Shown here in pieces: positions 9,620 through 18,235 of a stretch of 40,729 nt of DNA (the first letter of the stretch is position 1; every line of letters begins with the position of its first letter). Source of the DNA: Candidatus Woesearchaeota archaeon. GTDB taxonomy: Archaea > Nanobdellota > Nanobdellia > SCGC-AAA011-G17 > JACPNG01. The stretch covers positions 1-40,729 of the forward strand of contig JAFCDT010000001.1 in NCBI GenBank assembly GCA_017609525.1, written 5' to 3'. The notes beneath the pieces are model-generated. The model worked only from the letters and a program-made list of their open reading frames with translations. It had not been told where the DNA came from and searched no databases. A program made the translations under genes and the position numbers.

Positions 9620-10312
9620 ATGTCCAATGTAATAAAAAGAGGTCCCACATATTTATTATCCAATATTTGTTATGGAAAAAAAGAACCAGAAGAAATCCAA
9701 CAAAAAGAAACCGCACCACAAACAACAGAAACAACATGTTTTGATAAAATAGATGAAATAAAAAGAACTTTAGAAATAGCAACGACCCATAACCTGCCGG
9801 CCAATATAAGGAAAGAATTTAGAGAATATCTCGAAAATAAATATGGTATTTCTTTAGATATAAAGGATTCTGGATTAACCTGTATTTTAAAAGGTACAGA
9901 CAGAATAAGAGAAGGGGATGCAGTATTTTACAAAACACAAAATGGAATGGACTTTTTTCGAGTATATGGCAGAAGATTAATCTTAACACCTTCAAGATTT
10001 CGGGATTTAGAATCAATAAAGAACCTGTTTAATTTAGAATATCATCAAGAATGCCATCCAAGATCAAGATGTTATAGATATGAACCAGATTATAGTGCTA
10101 ATGAAACCCCCCAAAGCCACCCATTTCCACACTATCCAAAAGAATTTGAATATCCCATTAAACTAGTTAATCATAATGATCTTTTAATTGCAGAAATCTT
10201 TAATTGCAAGCACGAGGACCATGAAGAATTTTCTGTATTTAGTGAATATCCTTTTAGAAAACAATTAACGCACTTGCTTATCGAAGGATTCTATCATGCT
10301 AGATGGAGGTAA
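9620..10312 (+). CDS. Hypothetical protein (His/Cys/aromatic-rich C-terminal half)
   Basis: 230-aa ORF whose 3' end overlaps the next ORF by 10 nt. No motif recognised. Confidence 0.55.
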   Translation: MSNVIKRGPTYLLSNICYGKKEPEEIQQKETAPQTTETTCFDKIDEIKRTLEIATTHNLPANIRKEFREYLENKYGISLDIKDSGLTCILKGTDRIREGDAVFYKTQNGMDFFRVYGRRLILTPSRFRDLESIKNLFNLEYHQECHPRSRCYRYEPDYSANETPQSHPFPHYPKEFEYPIKLVNHNDLLIAEIFNCKHEDHEEFSVFSEYPFRKQLTHLLIEGFYHARWR

Positions 10313-11316
10313 AAATGGGTGATGAAATAAAAAATTTATTAGAAGAACTAAGAGGAAAACAACTATTAATAGAAAGAAATAATCCAGAAAGAACTACAGA
10401 TCTTCCAGCTATTTCACGACTAGATAAGTTAGCACAAAGACATAGCACCCCAGCAACAATGGGTTCTATGCATCAAGTAACAGAAAATAATTGTGACGTA
10501 ATAAAACTCTTAAAAGACATAAATAGGAAAAACAAAAGAGCAGCTAGAATCTCTTCAATCTTACTCAGGGAAAATAGCGGCTTTCTGGGAAGACTAACAT
10601 CAATGCTGTTGGGTGGGGAATCAAGAATTTACTCCTTGGGTGAAGAGTATTTAGATATTCATAATAGTATAAATGATAGAACAAGCAGAGTAATAGGATA
10701 TATTCGTAATGAGTTTTTAAAGCCAATTTCAGAAAGGTTTATTGATATAAGAGAAGATCTAAAAGAATCTCTTTTTAGTTTGCTTCATTACAGAAACGAA
10801 GAAATCGAAGAAATTGAAAAAGATCTTGAAAGATATGAAGAAGGTATGAAAAGCTCTGAAGAAAGAATAAAATCCGAGGCAGTAGAGGACATAATATTGG
10901 AACTAACAAAGGAGGCTCTTTATGAAGAAGCATACATTTCAAGAAGAGACCAACTGCTTAAGGAACATCACCATGTGAACCAAAGTAAAGAAAAAATCCT
11001 TGATACATTTTACCATGCAGCATTACTCTATCAACAAAGGGAAATGTTTATGGCAAGCGATCGTATTCTCGAGGGTCTTTACAATAAATCAGTAAGTGCA
11101 TCAGAAGTAATGAGTGATGTTATGAGGGGTTATAAAGGACAAGGATTAATTAGGGCTGTATCAAGAAATCTTATGGGTTTATTGGAATCTGCAACAGCAA
11201 TTAACAGTGAGATAGCAGTAAGAAACATGCAGGGTCTAGAAGAAATCAAGAACATAAACTACAGAACAAAGAGATTATCAAGAGGAGAATTAAGAAGGCA
11301 TCTTTTTGGTAACTAA
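10303..11316 (+). CDS. Hypothetical all-helical/coiled-coil protein (weak TelA-like resemblance)
   Basis: 337 aa, translationally coupled to 9620-10312. The [12 protein letters not shown] segment followed by long helical E/R-rich repeats recalls TelA-family proteins. This is from memory only. Confidence 0.55.
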   Translation: MEVKMGDEIKNLLEELRGKQLLIERNNPERTTDLPAISRLDKLAQRHSTPATMGSMHQVTENNCDVIKLLKDINRKNKRAARISSILLRENSGFLGRLTSMLLGGESRIYSLGEEYLDIHNSINDRTSRVIGYIRNEFLKPISERFIDIREDLKESLFSLLHYRNEEIEEIEKDLERYEEGMKSSEERIKSEAVEDIILELTKEALYEEAYISRRDQLLKEHHHVNQSKEKILDTFYHAALLYQQREMFMASDRILEGLYNKSVSASEVMSDVMRGYKGQGLIRAVSRNLMGLLESATAINSEIAVRNMQGLEEIKNINYRTKRLSRGELRRHLFGN

Positions 11317-12425
11317 AAATCAAAAATTTTTTCAAAAAAACCTTTTTCTATTTTTATTTTTTCTTTACCCTCTTTAGCCAATAACCTAAACAACTCTTTT
11401 TGTTTCTTACTTAATTTTTTAGGTGTTCTAACAACAACCCTAACAAACTGATCGCCCTTGCCATACCCATCTATATTATCAACACCCTTTTCTTTTAACC
11501 TAAATACAGTGTTGGTTTGTGTTCCACCAGGTATCTTAAGTTTAACATTACCATGTAAAGTAGGAACATTTATAATGTCTCCCAAAGCAGCCTGGCTAAA
11601 ACTTATATAAACAGTAACATAAATATCATCATCCTTTCTCTCAAAGATCTCATCTTCATTAACGTGTATTACTACAAACAAGTCACCAGGAATTCCGTCT
11701 TTAATAACTTCTCCTTCCCCTTTAATTTTAAGATAAGAATTGCTTTTTATGCCAGCTGGAATCTTTACAGTTATCTCCTTGCTACTTTTAACTAATCCGC
11801 TACCTTTACATCTATTGCATCTTTCTCTAGCAATCTTCCCATTACCATGACAATAATTACACATGCTGGATTGACTAAAGATTCCAAATGGGGTTCTTTG
11901 GGTCCTGGTAATATGGCCTGTACCATCACAATGATCGCAGGTTTTCAATTCTTTGTTTTTTGCTCCTGTACCACCACAGTCCTCACAATTGACATGTTTA
12001 TATATTCTAATCTTTTTCTTTGTTCCAAAAACAGCATCTTTAAAGTCTATGTCAATATCATACTGTAAATCCCTTCCTTTTCTTGTTCTTCTACCTCCAA
12101 AAAAACTCTCAAAAATACTGCTCCCAAAACCACCAAATCCAAATTCTCTTAGAATAGACTCAAAGTCAAAACCCCTAAAAATATCTTCCTGGCTAAATCT
12201 TTGGTCAAAACCTTCATGCCCAAACCTATCATACTGTTGTCTTTTATTATCATCACTTAAAACAGCATAGGCTTCACTAATTTCCTTAAACTTTTCTTCA
12301 GAATTCTTGTCTTTAGAAACATCAGGGTGGTACTTTAAAGCTAGTTTCTTATAAGCTTTTTTAATTTCCTCTTTAGTTGCATCTTTATTTACACCCAATA
12401 TTTCATAATAATCTTTTTTTGTCAT
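11313..12425 (-). CDS. dnaJ: Chaperone DnaJ (Hsp40, type I)
   Basis: 370 aa. J domain with KYHPD, a G/F-rich linker and four CxxCxGxG zinc-finger repeats. Confidence 0.95.
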   Translation of the reverse strand: MTKKDYYEILGVNKDATKEEIKKAYKKLALKYHPDVSKDKNSEEKFKEISEAYAVLSDDNKRQQYDRFGHEGFDQRFSQEDIFRGFDFESILREFGFGGFGSSIFESFFGGRRTRKGRDLQYDIDIDFKDAVFGTKKKIRIYKHVNCEDCGGTGAKNKELKTCDHCDGTGHITRTQRTPFGIFSQSSMCNYCHGNGKIARERCNRCKGSGLVKSSKEITVKIPAGIKSNSYLKIKGEGEVIKDGIPGDLFVVIHVNEDEIFERKDDDIYVTVYISFSQAALGDIINVPTLHGNVKLKIPGGTQTNTVFRLKEKGVDNIDGYGKGDQFVRVVVRTPKKLSKKQKELFRLLAKEGKEKIKIEKGFFEKIFDF

Positions 12426-12427
12426 GA

Positions 12428-12685
12428 TTAAATCCGAATATCAACAGCATATCCTGGCGGAGTATCTTTTAATTCTTCATGATTTCTAGCATCATAAGCT
12501 GCTTGCATTAGCATTTCCTGCCTATATTCAACAATATTATCGGTGGTTTCTTGTGTATTTCTTCCTCTTAAATGCTCAAAGGACCTGTCTTGATCAACAG
12601 GCCCCAAAAACAAAGACAACACCATGGTTAAACTTTCTTCTAAATCACTAACAAATAATTCCCAAAAATCATTTCTTCTTTTCAT
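12428..12685 (-). CDS. Small Arg-rich hypothetical protein between dnaK and dnaJ
   Basis: 85-aa ORF. It overlaps the dnaK 3' end by 17 nt and stops 2 nt before the dnaJ ATG. It has 8 Arg and 2 Lys, unlike the neighbouring genes. Confidence 0.4.
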   Translation of the reverse strand: MKRRNDFWELFVSDLEESLTMVLSLFLGPVDQDRSFEHLRGRNTQETTDNIVEYRQEMLMQAAYDARNHEELKDTPPGYAVDIRI

Positions 12686-14495
12686 CTTCTTCCTCTACAA
12701 CCTCTGCATCTACAACATTTTCTTTGTCATCTTTTTTATCTTCTTTTTTCTTCTGTTGCTCCTGTGCAGCTTGTTGATACATTTTTGCACCAATTTCTTG
12801 TGCTAATTTCTGTAATTCTTCAGTCTTTTTCTTAATTTCCTCTGTACTGTCTCCTTTTAATGCTTCTTTTAATTCATTAATTCCTTTTTCAATCTTTTCC
12901 TTAACATCCTTATCTACCTTGTCTCCATACTCTTTCAGTAGTTTTTCTGTTGAATACACCAAAGTATCTGCATTATTCCTTAACTCAATACTTTCTCTTT
13001 TCTTCTTATCCTCTTCCTCGTGTTTCTTTGCTTCATTAACCATTTTTTCAATTTCATCTTTATTCAATCCACTTCCACCAGTAACTGTAATCTTCTGCTC
13101 TTTGCCAGTTCCTAAATCTTTGGCGCTTACATGAACAATCCCATTTGCATCTATATCAAATGTAACCTCAATCTGTGGTACTCCTCTTGGTGCAGGAGGA
13201 ATTCCAGTTAATTCAAACCTTCCTAGGCTTTTGTTATCAGCAGCCATTTCTCTTTCCCCTTGTAAAACATTGATAGTCACAGCTGGCTGATTATCTGCAG
13301 CAGTTGAAAAGATCTGACTCTTCTTCGTTGGTATTGTGGTGTTTCTTGGAATCAAAGGAGTTCTAATCCCTCCCAATGTCTCAATACCCAATGTTAATGG
13401 AGTTACATCTAACAATAAAACATCCTTAACATCTCCTGCTAAAACACCACCCTGTATTGCAGCACCCAAAGCAACTGCTTCATCAGGATGTACAGATTTG
13501 TCTGGGTCTTTATTTGTAATATCTTTAACAAGTTTCTGTACTGCAGGAATTCTAGTACTTCCTCCAACCAGAATAGTTCTATCTATTGCCTTAACATCAA
13601 TCTTTGCATCTTTTATTGCCTGCTTGGTTGGACCTTTTAGCTTTTCTAGAATATCTGAAATTAACTCTTCAAACTTAGCTCTGGATAATTTCATATTCAA
13701 ATGCTTTGGTCCAGATTGATCAGCAGTTATAAATGGTAAATTAATCTCTGTTTGTTGCGCACTACTTAACTCAATTTTAGCCTTTTCAGCAGCATCCTTT
13801 AATCTTTGTAAAGCCACATTATCTTCTCTTAAATCAACGCCATGCTCTTTCTTAAACTCCTTGGCAATGTAATCAATAAGTATCTCATCAATATCATCTC
13901 CACCAAGATGATTATTTCCACTTGTAGCCTTAACTTCAAATACATTGTCTCCTAATTCCAGTATAGAAACATCAAAAGTTCCACCACCAAAGTCAAAAAC
14001 TAGTATTGTGTGATCGTGGCTTTTATCCAGTCCATAAGCTAAACTTGCAGCTGTAGGCTCATTAATTATCCTTTTTACTTCCAGGCCCGCAATTTTTCCA
14101 GCATCTTTTGTAGCCTGTCTTTGAGCATCCTCAAAATAAGCTGGAACAGTAATAACTGCTTCTTTAACTTCATGGCCCAAATATGCCTCAGCATCTCTTT
14201 TTAGTTTTTGTATAATCATTGCACTAATTTGCTCTGGACTATAGTCTTTATCATTGACATGAATCTTATCTTTAGTTCCCATTAACCTTTTTACACTTCT
14301 TACAGTATTTTTTGGATTAGCTATTGCCTGCCTTCTAGCAACCTCTCCAACCAAGATTTCATCATCTTTAAAAGCAACAACACTTGGTGTTGTATTATTC
14401 CCTTCTGCACTGGGGATTATCTTTGCTTTTCCACCCTCCATAACAGCAACAGCTGAGAATGTTGTTCCTAAATCTATTCCAATTATCTTTCCCAT
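12669..14495 (-). CDS. dnaK: Chaperone DnaK (Hsp70)
   Basis: 608 aa with [15 protein letters not shown] and VGGSTRIP Hsp70 signatures and an acidic/Lys-rich C-terminal tail. Confidence 0.97.
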   Translation of the reverse strand: MGKIIGIDLGTTFSAVAVMEGGKAKIIPSAEGNNTTPSVVAFKDDEILVGEVARRQAIANPKNTVRSVKRLMGTKDKIHVNDKDYSPEQISAMIIQKLKRDAEAYLGHEVKEAVITVPAYFEDAQRQATKDAGKIAGLEVKRIINEPTAASLAYGLDKSHDHTILVFDFGGGTFDVSILELGDNVFEVKATSGNNHLGGDDIDEILIDYIAKEFKKEHGVDLREDNVALQRLKDAAEKAKIELSSAQQTEINLPFITADQSGPKHLNMKLSRAKFEELISDILEKLKGPTKQAIKDAKIDVKAIDRTILVGGSTRIPAVQKLVKDITNKDPDKSVHPDEAVALGAAIQGGVLAGDVKDVLLLDVTPLTLGIETLGGIRTPLIPRNTTIPTKKSQIFSTAADNQPAVTINVLQGEREMAADNKSLGRFELTGIPPAPRGVPQIEVTFDIDANGIVHVSAKDLGTGKEQKITVTGGSGLNKDEIEKMVNEAKKHEEEDKKKRESIELRNNADTLVYSTEKLLKEYGDKVDKDVKEKIEKGINELKEALKGDSTEEIKKKTEELQKLAQEIGAKMYQQAAQEQQKKKEDKKDDKENVVDAEVVEEEDEKKK

Positions 14496-14504
14496 TTTAA
14501 CCTC

Positions 14505-14843
14505 CTATCCAAAATAAGGTACATGATCTTTTTTAGATATTTTTTTACCTTTTTTCTTTTCAGCCTTAACTAGTTGTTTTGGTTTTTCTATCTTACCAAA
14601 CTCTTTTTCATATTTTTTAATTGCATCACCCAAAATTTTATGCAATTGTTTAGACTGGTATGGATCAACCATAATTAGGTTATGCGCGATATTAATCACA
14701 TTGCTCTCTTTAGCTCTTACATCAATCCTTGGGGTAATGCATTTAAAATCAAAAATAAACTGCATTGGATTAAAATTAATACTTAATTCATGCGCATAAA
14801 ATGCATCTCCGTCTTTTATATTAAAACTCAAATTTCTTTTCAT
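14505..14843 (-). CDS. DUF3467-like protein embedded in the hsp70 operon
   Basis: 112 aa. FYAHELSINFNPMQFIFDF and DAIKKYEKEFGKI resemble the two conserved blocks of DUF3467 as I remember them. ATGA overlap with the grpE stop. Confidence 0.6.
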   Translation of the reverse strand: MKRNLSFNIKDGDAFYAHELSINFNPMQFIFDFKCITPRIDVRAKESNVINIAHNLIMVDPYQSKQLHKILGDAIKKYEKEFGKIEKPKQLVKAEKKKGKKISKKDHVPYFG

Positions 14844-15283
14844 TTCTTTCCTCCTATTTTTACCTTGCTCGGTCTTATTACTTTATCATTTAACATATAA
14901 CCTGCCTGTAATTCTTCCAAAATAAAATCTCCTTCACCTTCTTTGATTAAAGCTTCATGTAATTGAGGATTAAACTTGCCTTCTGCCTTAATTTTTTTTA
15001 GACCTTCTTTTTCAAGTATAGAAAAAAACTGTGAATACACTAATTCAATGCCTTTAATAAAACTTTCTTTATTTTCTGTGTTCTTGAAAGCAAGATCAAA
15101 ATTATCTAAAACTCCCAATAATTTCTCTATCAATTCTTCATTAGAGCATTTAATCCAGTTCTTTTTTTCTTCTTCTAATCTTTTCCTATAGTTATCAAAT
15201 TCTGCTTGTAATCTTTGTAATAATTCTTTATACTCTTCTAATTGTTTTTCTTTGCTTTCTTTTTTCTTGGTTTTTTTTGCCAT
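14840..15283 (-). CDS. grpE: Nucleotide exchange factor GrpE
   Basis: QAEFDNYRKR and the C-terminal GY..ND.VIRP.KV motifs. Start placed at Met24 of the track ORF (15283), because codons upstream translate a GC-rich hairpin. Confidence 0.88.
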   Translation of the reverse strand: MAKKTKKKESKEKQLEEYKELLQRLQAEFDNYRKRLEEEKKNWIKCSNEELIEKLLGVLDNFDLAFKNTENKESFIKGIELVYSQFFSILEKEGLKKIKAEGKFNPQLHEALIKEGEGDFILEELQAGYMLNDKVIRPSKVKIGGKK

Positions 15284-15298
15284 TTTAAAATCATAATA

Positions 15299-15332
15299 AG
15301 CCCTGGAAAAGAGGTGTGAAAAAACCAGGGCT
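15299..15332 (-). terminator. GC-rich hairpin (AGCCCTGG-N18-CCAGGGCT) between hsp20 and grpE
   Basis: Perfect 8-bp inverted repeat at 15299-15306 / 15325-15332, flanked by T/A runs. It is a striking GC stem in an AT-rich spacer. Confidence 0.45.
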
Positions 15333-15359
15333 TTTTTTAAACGATTTTTCACTAAAACA

Positions 15360-15809
15360 TTATTTAATCGCTATCCTTTTACCCCTCTCAATCAACCTTT
15401 CTTTCTTTGGTGCCTCAATTCTGAGGATGCCATTTTTATATTCTGCAGTGGTGTTGTCTACATCAATTTTTGCCGGTAGAGGAATTGCTCTGTAAAATCC
15501 GGAATGGATCCTTTCTTGCCTAAAAAAACCTTTTTTCTCAATCTTGATATTCTGTTTTCTTTCAGCTTTCACTTCAATAACATCATCTCTCACATGGAGT
15601 TGTATGTCTTCTTTCTTAACTCCGGGAATCTCAATTTCAACCATGACTTTATTTCTGCCTTCATTCACATCACAGGAAGGTTGCCTGAAATTAGCAAATT
15701 CTTGTTTGTTTTTCCAAGGAAGCAACTGTTTATCAACGCTAAAAAAATCCCTAAACATCCTATCCATTTCTTTATGCATTCTTCTTATATCTTCAAAAGG
15801 ATCAAACAT
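15360..15809 (-). CDS. Small heat-shock protein (Hsp20/alpha-crystallin family)
   Basis: Alpha-crystallin core (DV.E....V.VE.PGV.KEDI...V.....I.A.R ... F.R...LP..VD...A.Y.NG.L.I..PK). Start moved to MFDPFED (15809), which has GGAGGTG 6 nt upstream. The track start at 15860 is a TTG. Confidence 0.88.
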   Translation of the reverse strand: MFDPFEDIRRMHKEMDRMFRDFFSVDKQLLPWKNKQEFANFRQPSCDVNEGRNKVMVEIEIPGVKKEDIQLHVRDDVIEVKAERKQNIKIEKKGFFRQERIHSGFYRAIPLPAKIDVDNTTAEYKNGILRIEAPKKERLIERGKRIAIK

Positions 15810-15860
15810 TTCTTTCACCTCCGTTGACTTTAAATCGACAACTTGTTGAAGTAAAATCAA

Positions 15861-15917
15861 CTTATTTAAATACTTTTCGGAAAAACTTTATATATTCATA
15901 AAAAAATAATTAAAAAG
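15861..15917. promoter_or_regulatory. Divergent hsp20 / wHTH-regulator promoter region with TTTTC-G-GAAAA palindrome
   Basis: The palindrome at 15874-15885 lies between TATA-like TTTATATAT (15887-15895, plus direction) and TATTTAAATAAG (minus direction). Confidence 0.35.
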
Positions 15918-16319
15918 ATGATAACAAAATTCTCAAGAATCACAATTATAAGAAAAAAACAGCCATGTAAAGAACTAAATGCAGAAATACAGTGGTTGGG
16001 CCATTCTTTGGGTTTATTCAGTGAAAGAGACAGAGAAAAGTCATGTTTCAGGATATTCATAGAGCTTATGAAGTCAGATAAGGGGCATTTATCTAGTGAA
16101 GAAGTAGCTTCTAGAGCCAATTTAAGCAGGGCAACAGTCATTCATCATCTTCGTAGATTAATGGACTCAGGCCTTGTATTAAGCTCTAAAAACCGGTATT
16201 TTTTAAGGCACAAAGAACTAAGTAAACTAATCTTAGACCTTAAAAAAGACATAGAAAACACATTTAAACACATGGAAAAGATAGCTAAAGAAATAGATAA
16301 AGAACTTAAGAAGTATTAG
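15918..16319 (+). CDS. Winged-helix (ArsR/TrmB-like) transcriptional regulator, divergent from the heat-shock operon
   Basis: 133 aa. HTH segment LSSEEVASRANLSRATVIHHLRRLMDSGLV, followed by a wing and a C-terminal coiled coil. Confidence 0.65.
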   Translation: MITKFSRITIIRKKQPCKELNAEIQWLGHSLGLFSERDREKSCFRIFIELMKSDKGHLSSEEVASRANLSRATVIHHLRRLMDSGLVLSSKNRYFLRHKELSKLILDLKKDIENTFKHMEKIAKEIDKELKKY

Positions 16320-16327
16320 ATTGTTAA

Positions 16328-16885
16328 TTATTTAACAAACTTTTCATGTACAAGACTATAATCATGCAATTCCTCATCCTTAAACCATAATTTGATTTCT
16401 TCTTCAGCCTCTTTCACATTAGCAGATGCATGAATTAAATTAGGGATTCCTCTTTTCTGAAGACTTGCATAACCCAAGGCCATATGCGCAAAATCTCCAC
16501 GAATAGTTCCAGGTGGTGAGTCCTTGGGTCCTGTAGAACCAACAATTTTTCTAATAACCTCAACGCACTGGATGCCTTGTAATACCATGGCAATAACCGG
16601 ACCTTCACTTATATATTTTCTTGTACCATCAACAATCATCTTACCAATTTCTTCAGCACTTTCTGTATACTCCACTCCAAATTCATCCCAATCTTTCTTA
16701 GTTTTATTACCAACAATAGGGATTAAATCATCAGTGTAGTGTTTTTTAGCAAACTCTTCGTCCACCCACACCATTTTCATGCCAATAATCTTTAATCCAG
16801 CCCTTTCAAATCTTCTTATAATATTTCCTACTAAGCTCCTTTGTACTGCATCTGGTTTTAATAAAACTAAAGATCTTTCTATCAT
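16328..16885 (-). CDS. ndk: Nucleoside diphosphate kinase (long form with insertions)
   Basis: 185 aa with LLKPDAV, RF...G, GPV.AMV and TIRGDFA motifs and NLIHAS at the active-site His. It is about 30 aa longer than the canonical ~150-aa NDK. Confidence 0.85.
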   Translation of the reverse strand: MIERSLVLLKPDAVQRSLVGNIIRRFERAGLKIIGMKMVWVDEEFAKKHYTDDLIPIVGNKTKKDWDEFGVEYTESAEEIGKMIVDGTRKYISEGPVIAMVLQGIQCVEVIRKIVGSTGPKDSPPGTIRGDFAHMALGYASLQKRGIPNLIHASANVKEAEEEIKLWFKDEELHDYSLVHEKFVK

Positions 16886-17061
16886 TTTTTCCCCTTCTCA
16901 AAAAACTTAGTCCATTTGAATTTTCTTGGTTTTCTTCTTAATTTCAATTTATTTTTCTCGCATTTCTTTGAACAAAAATAATTAATCTTGCCACTGCTAT
17001 AGACAAACATCAAACCAGTGCCTTTTTCTATTCTCTTTCCACAAAAGCTGCAATCAACCAT
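16882..17061 (-). CDS. rpl24e: 50S ribosomal protein L24e (eL24)
   Basis: Not in the ORF track (59 aa). Hand translation: [59 protein letters not shown]. This is the CxxC...CxxxC L24e zinc ribbon. Its TGA overlaps the ndk ATG (ATGA). Confidence 0.9.
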   Translation of the reverse strand: MVDCSFCGKRIEKGTGLMFVYSSGKINYFCSKKCEKNKLKLRRKPRKFKWTKFFEKGKK

Positions 17062-17062
17062 T

Positions 17063-17329
17063 TTAATTCTTCTTGCCTTGGGTTAAGCTTCTTGCTTCTA
17101 TTTCAGTTTCCCTTAACATTAAAACATCTTTTTTTCTTACAGGGCCTTTAACATTTCTTCTTAGAATTTTATTTTTATCTCTTCCATCCAAGATCTTACA
17201 TCTAACCTGGATAGCCTCTCCTCTAGTACCGGTTCTGCCAATTACCTCCTCAACTACCGCAGGAACTGCATCACTAAACATCCTGTCTTCTTTCTGTTCT
17301 TTTTTCTTTTTCTTAAATTCCTTGGCCAT
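17063..17329 (-). CDS. rps28e: 30S ribosomal protein S28e (eS28)
   Basis: [28 protein letters not shown]...[16 protein letters not shown] core. The Lys-rich N-terminal extension may or may not be translated (alternative Met17). Confidence 0.9.
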   Translation of the reverse strand: MAKEFKKKKKEQKEDRMFSDAVPAVVEEVIGRTGTRGEAIQVRCKILDGRDKNKILRRNVKGPVRKKDVLMLRETEIEARSLTQGKKN

Positions 17330-17330
17330 T

Positions 17331-17651
17331 TTATTCCTTTAGTTCAGAAAGCTCTTTAATTAATTTCTTGGCTTCGCCCTCATTTACAATAGCTACTGCC
17401 GCAGTAGATCTTTCTAATCCAGCAGCTCCACCCAAATCATTCTTTGAATTAACTTCTAATAGCTTTATGTCTTTTTCCTTGCATAAAGGTTTTAGATGCA
17501 TTATAATTTCAGGCGGATTAACATCTTTAGCTGTAATAACTAACTTAGCTAACCCTTTCTCAACAACCTTGGTTACTTCATTAGCTCCTTTCTTAATTTT
17601 ACCAGTAGATTTAGCAATTTCTATGGCCTCAAATATCTTATCATCGTCCAT
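17331..17651 (-). CDS. rpl7ae: 50S ribosomal protein L7Ae (K-turn binding protein)
   Basis: 106 aa with the typical L7Ae blocks [27 protein letters not shown] and AAVAIV. Confidence 0.95.
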   Translation of the reverse strand: MDDDKIFEAIEIAKSTGKIKKGANEVTKVVEKGLAKLVITAKDVNPPEIIMHLKPLCKEKDIKLLEVNSKNDLGGAAGLERSTAAVAIVNEGEAKKLIKELSELKE

Positions 17652-17662
17652 TTTGAACCTCC

Positions 17663-17692
17663 TATCATCGTATCTTAAGATACTAATTCATT
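17663..17692 (-). promoter_or_regulatory. K-turn-like stem-loop in the L7Ae 5' leader, abutting the GGAGG Shine-Dalgarno
   Basis: Leader RNA: CUAAUGAAUUA-GUAUC-UUAA-GAUAC-GAUGAUAGGAGG. Perfect 5-bp hairpin, then potential tandem G.A/A.G pairs and a 3-bp CUA/UAG stem overlapping the SD. The bulge is only 2 nt. Confidence 0.3.
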
Positions 17693-17737
17693 AGTTAGAT
17701 TGGTTTAGAACTACATCCATTTATAAAGGTTTTGGTA

Positions 17738-18022
17738 TTAATCTTTCTTCTTAAGTTCTTCAACAGTCTTTTTAAAATATTCAACCTGTTTTTCAGAAAC
17801 CCTGCCAAATTTTAGATAATAAATCTTAACAGATCTCAAAAAAGGGCTTTCTCTATAAAACTCCTCGGGAACATCAAATAATTTTCTAATTTTAGGATCT
17901 TTAATCCTTCCTTTTAATTCGTCTTTTTGACAATCATAACAAAGAGGAAACTGTTTTCTAGAAATCATTTTAACCATGTTTTTTCTGCATCTAACGCACC
18001 TTTGTTTGTATAAAACTTTCAT
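17738..18022 (-). CDS. Hypothetical zinc-ribbon protein
   Basis: 94 aa with CxxC (CVRC) and CxxC (CYDC) pairs. Co-directional with and downstream of gltX. Confidence 0.5.
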   Translation of the reverse strand: MKVLYKQRCVRCRKNMVKMISRKQFPLCYDCQKDELKGRIKDPKIRKLFDVPEEFYRESPFLRSVKIYYLKFGRVSEKQVEYFKKTVEELKKKD

Positions 18023-18023
18023 C

Positions 18024-18218
18024 TTAAGTTAATAAGTATCCAATTATTATAAATGAAATGCCTAAAGCACCCACCATTTGTTCTTTTTTTATGTCTCTAA
18101 TCACTTTCTTGTCTATTTTATGGTCTTTCATCATTCTTCTATGCACCAATAAAACAGAAATTCCAATAAAAACCTCCCCTACAATTCTCAAACTTTCCCC
18201 CAAAGCAAACAAATCCAT
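18024..18218 (-). CDS. Small two-TM membrane protein, hypothetical
   Basis: 64 aa with two hydrophobic segments separated by a basic loop. There is 1 nt between it and the next ORF. Confidence 0.4.
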   Translation of the reverse strand: MDLFALGESLRIVGEVFIGISVLLVHRRMMKDHKIDKKVIRDIKKEQMVGALGISFIIIGYLLT

Positions 18219-18235
18219 CTTTCACCTCCTATAAA

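Noticed and set aside
15284-15352. N-terminal extensions in the ORF track: grpE to 15352, hsp20 to 15860, Nip7-like to 20410, ABC ATPase to 35581, X7 to 36986 and HD to 38982.
   Set aside because: The extensions translate promoter, hairpin or hydrophobic junk. They lack RBS/TATA support, whereas internal Met codons have GGAGG-like or TATA signals at sensible distances. Shorter starts were chosen, but they remain unverified.
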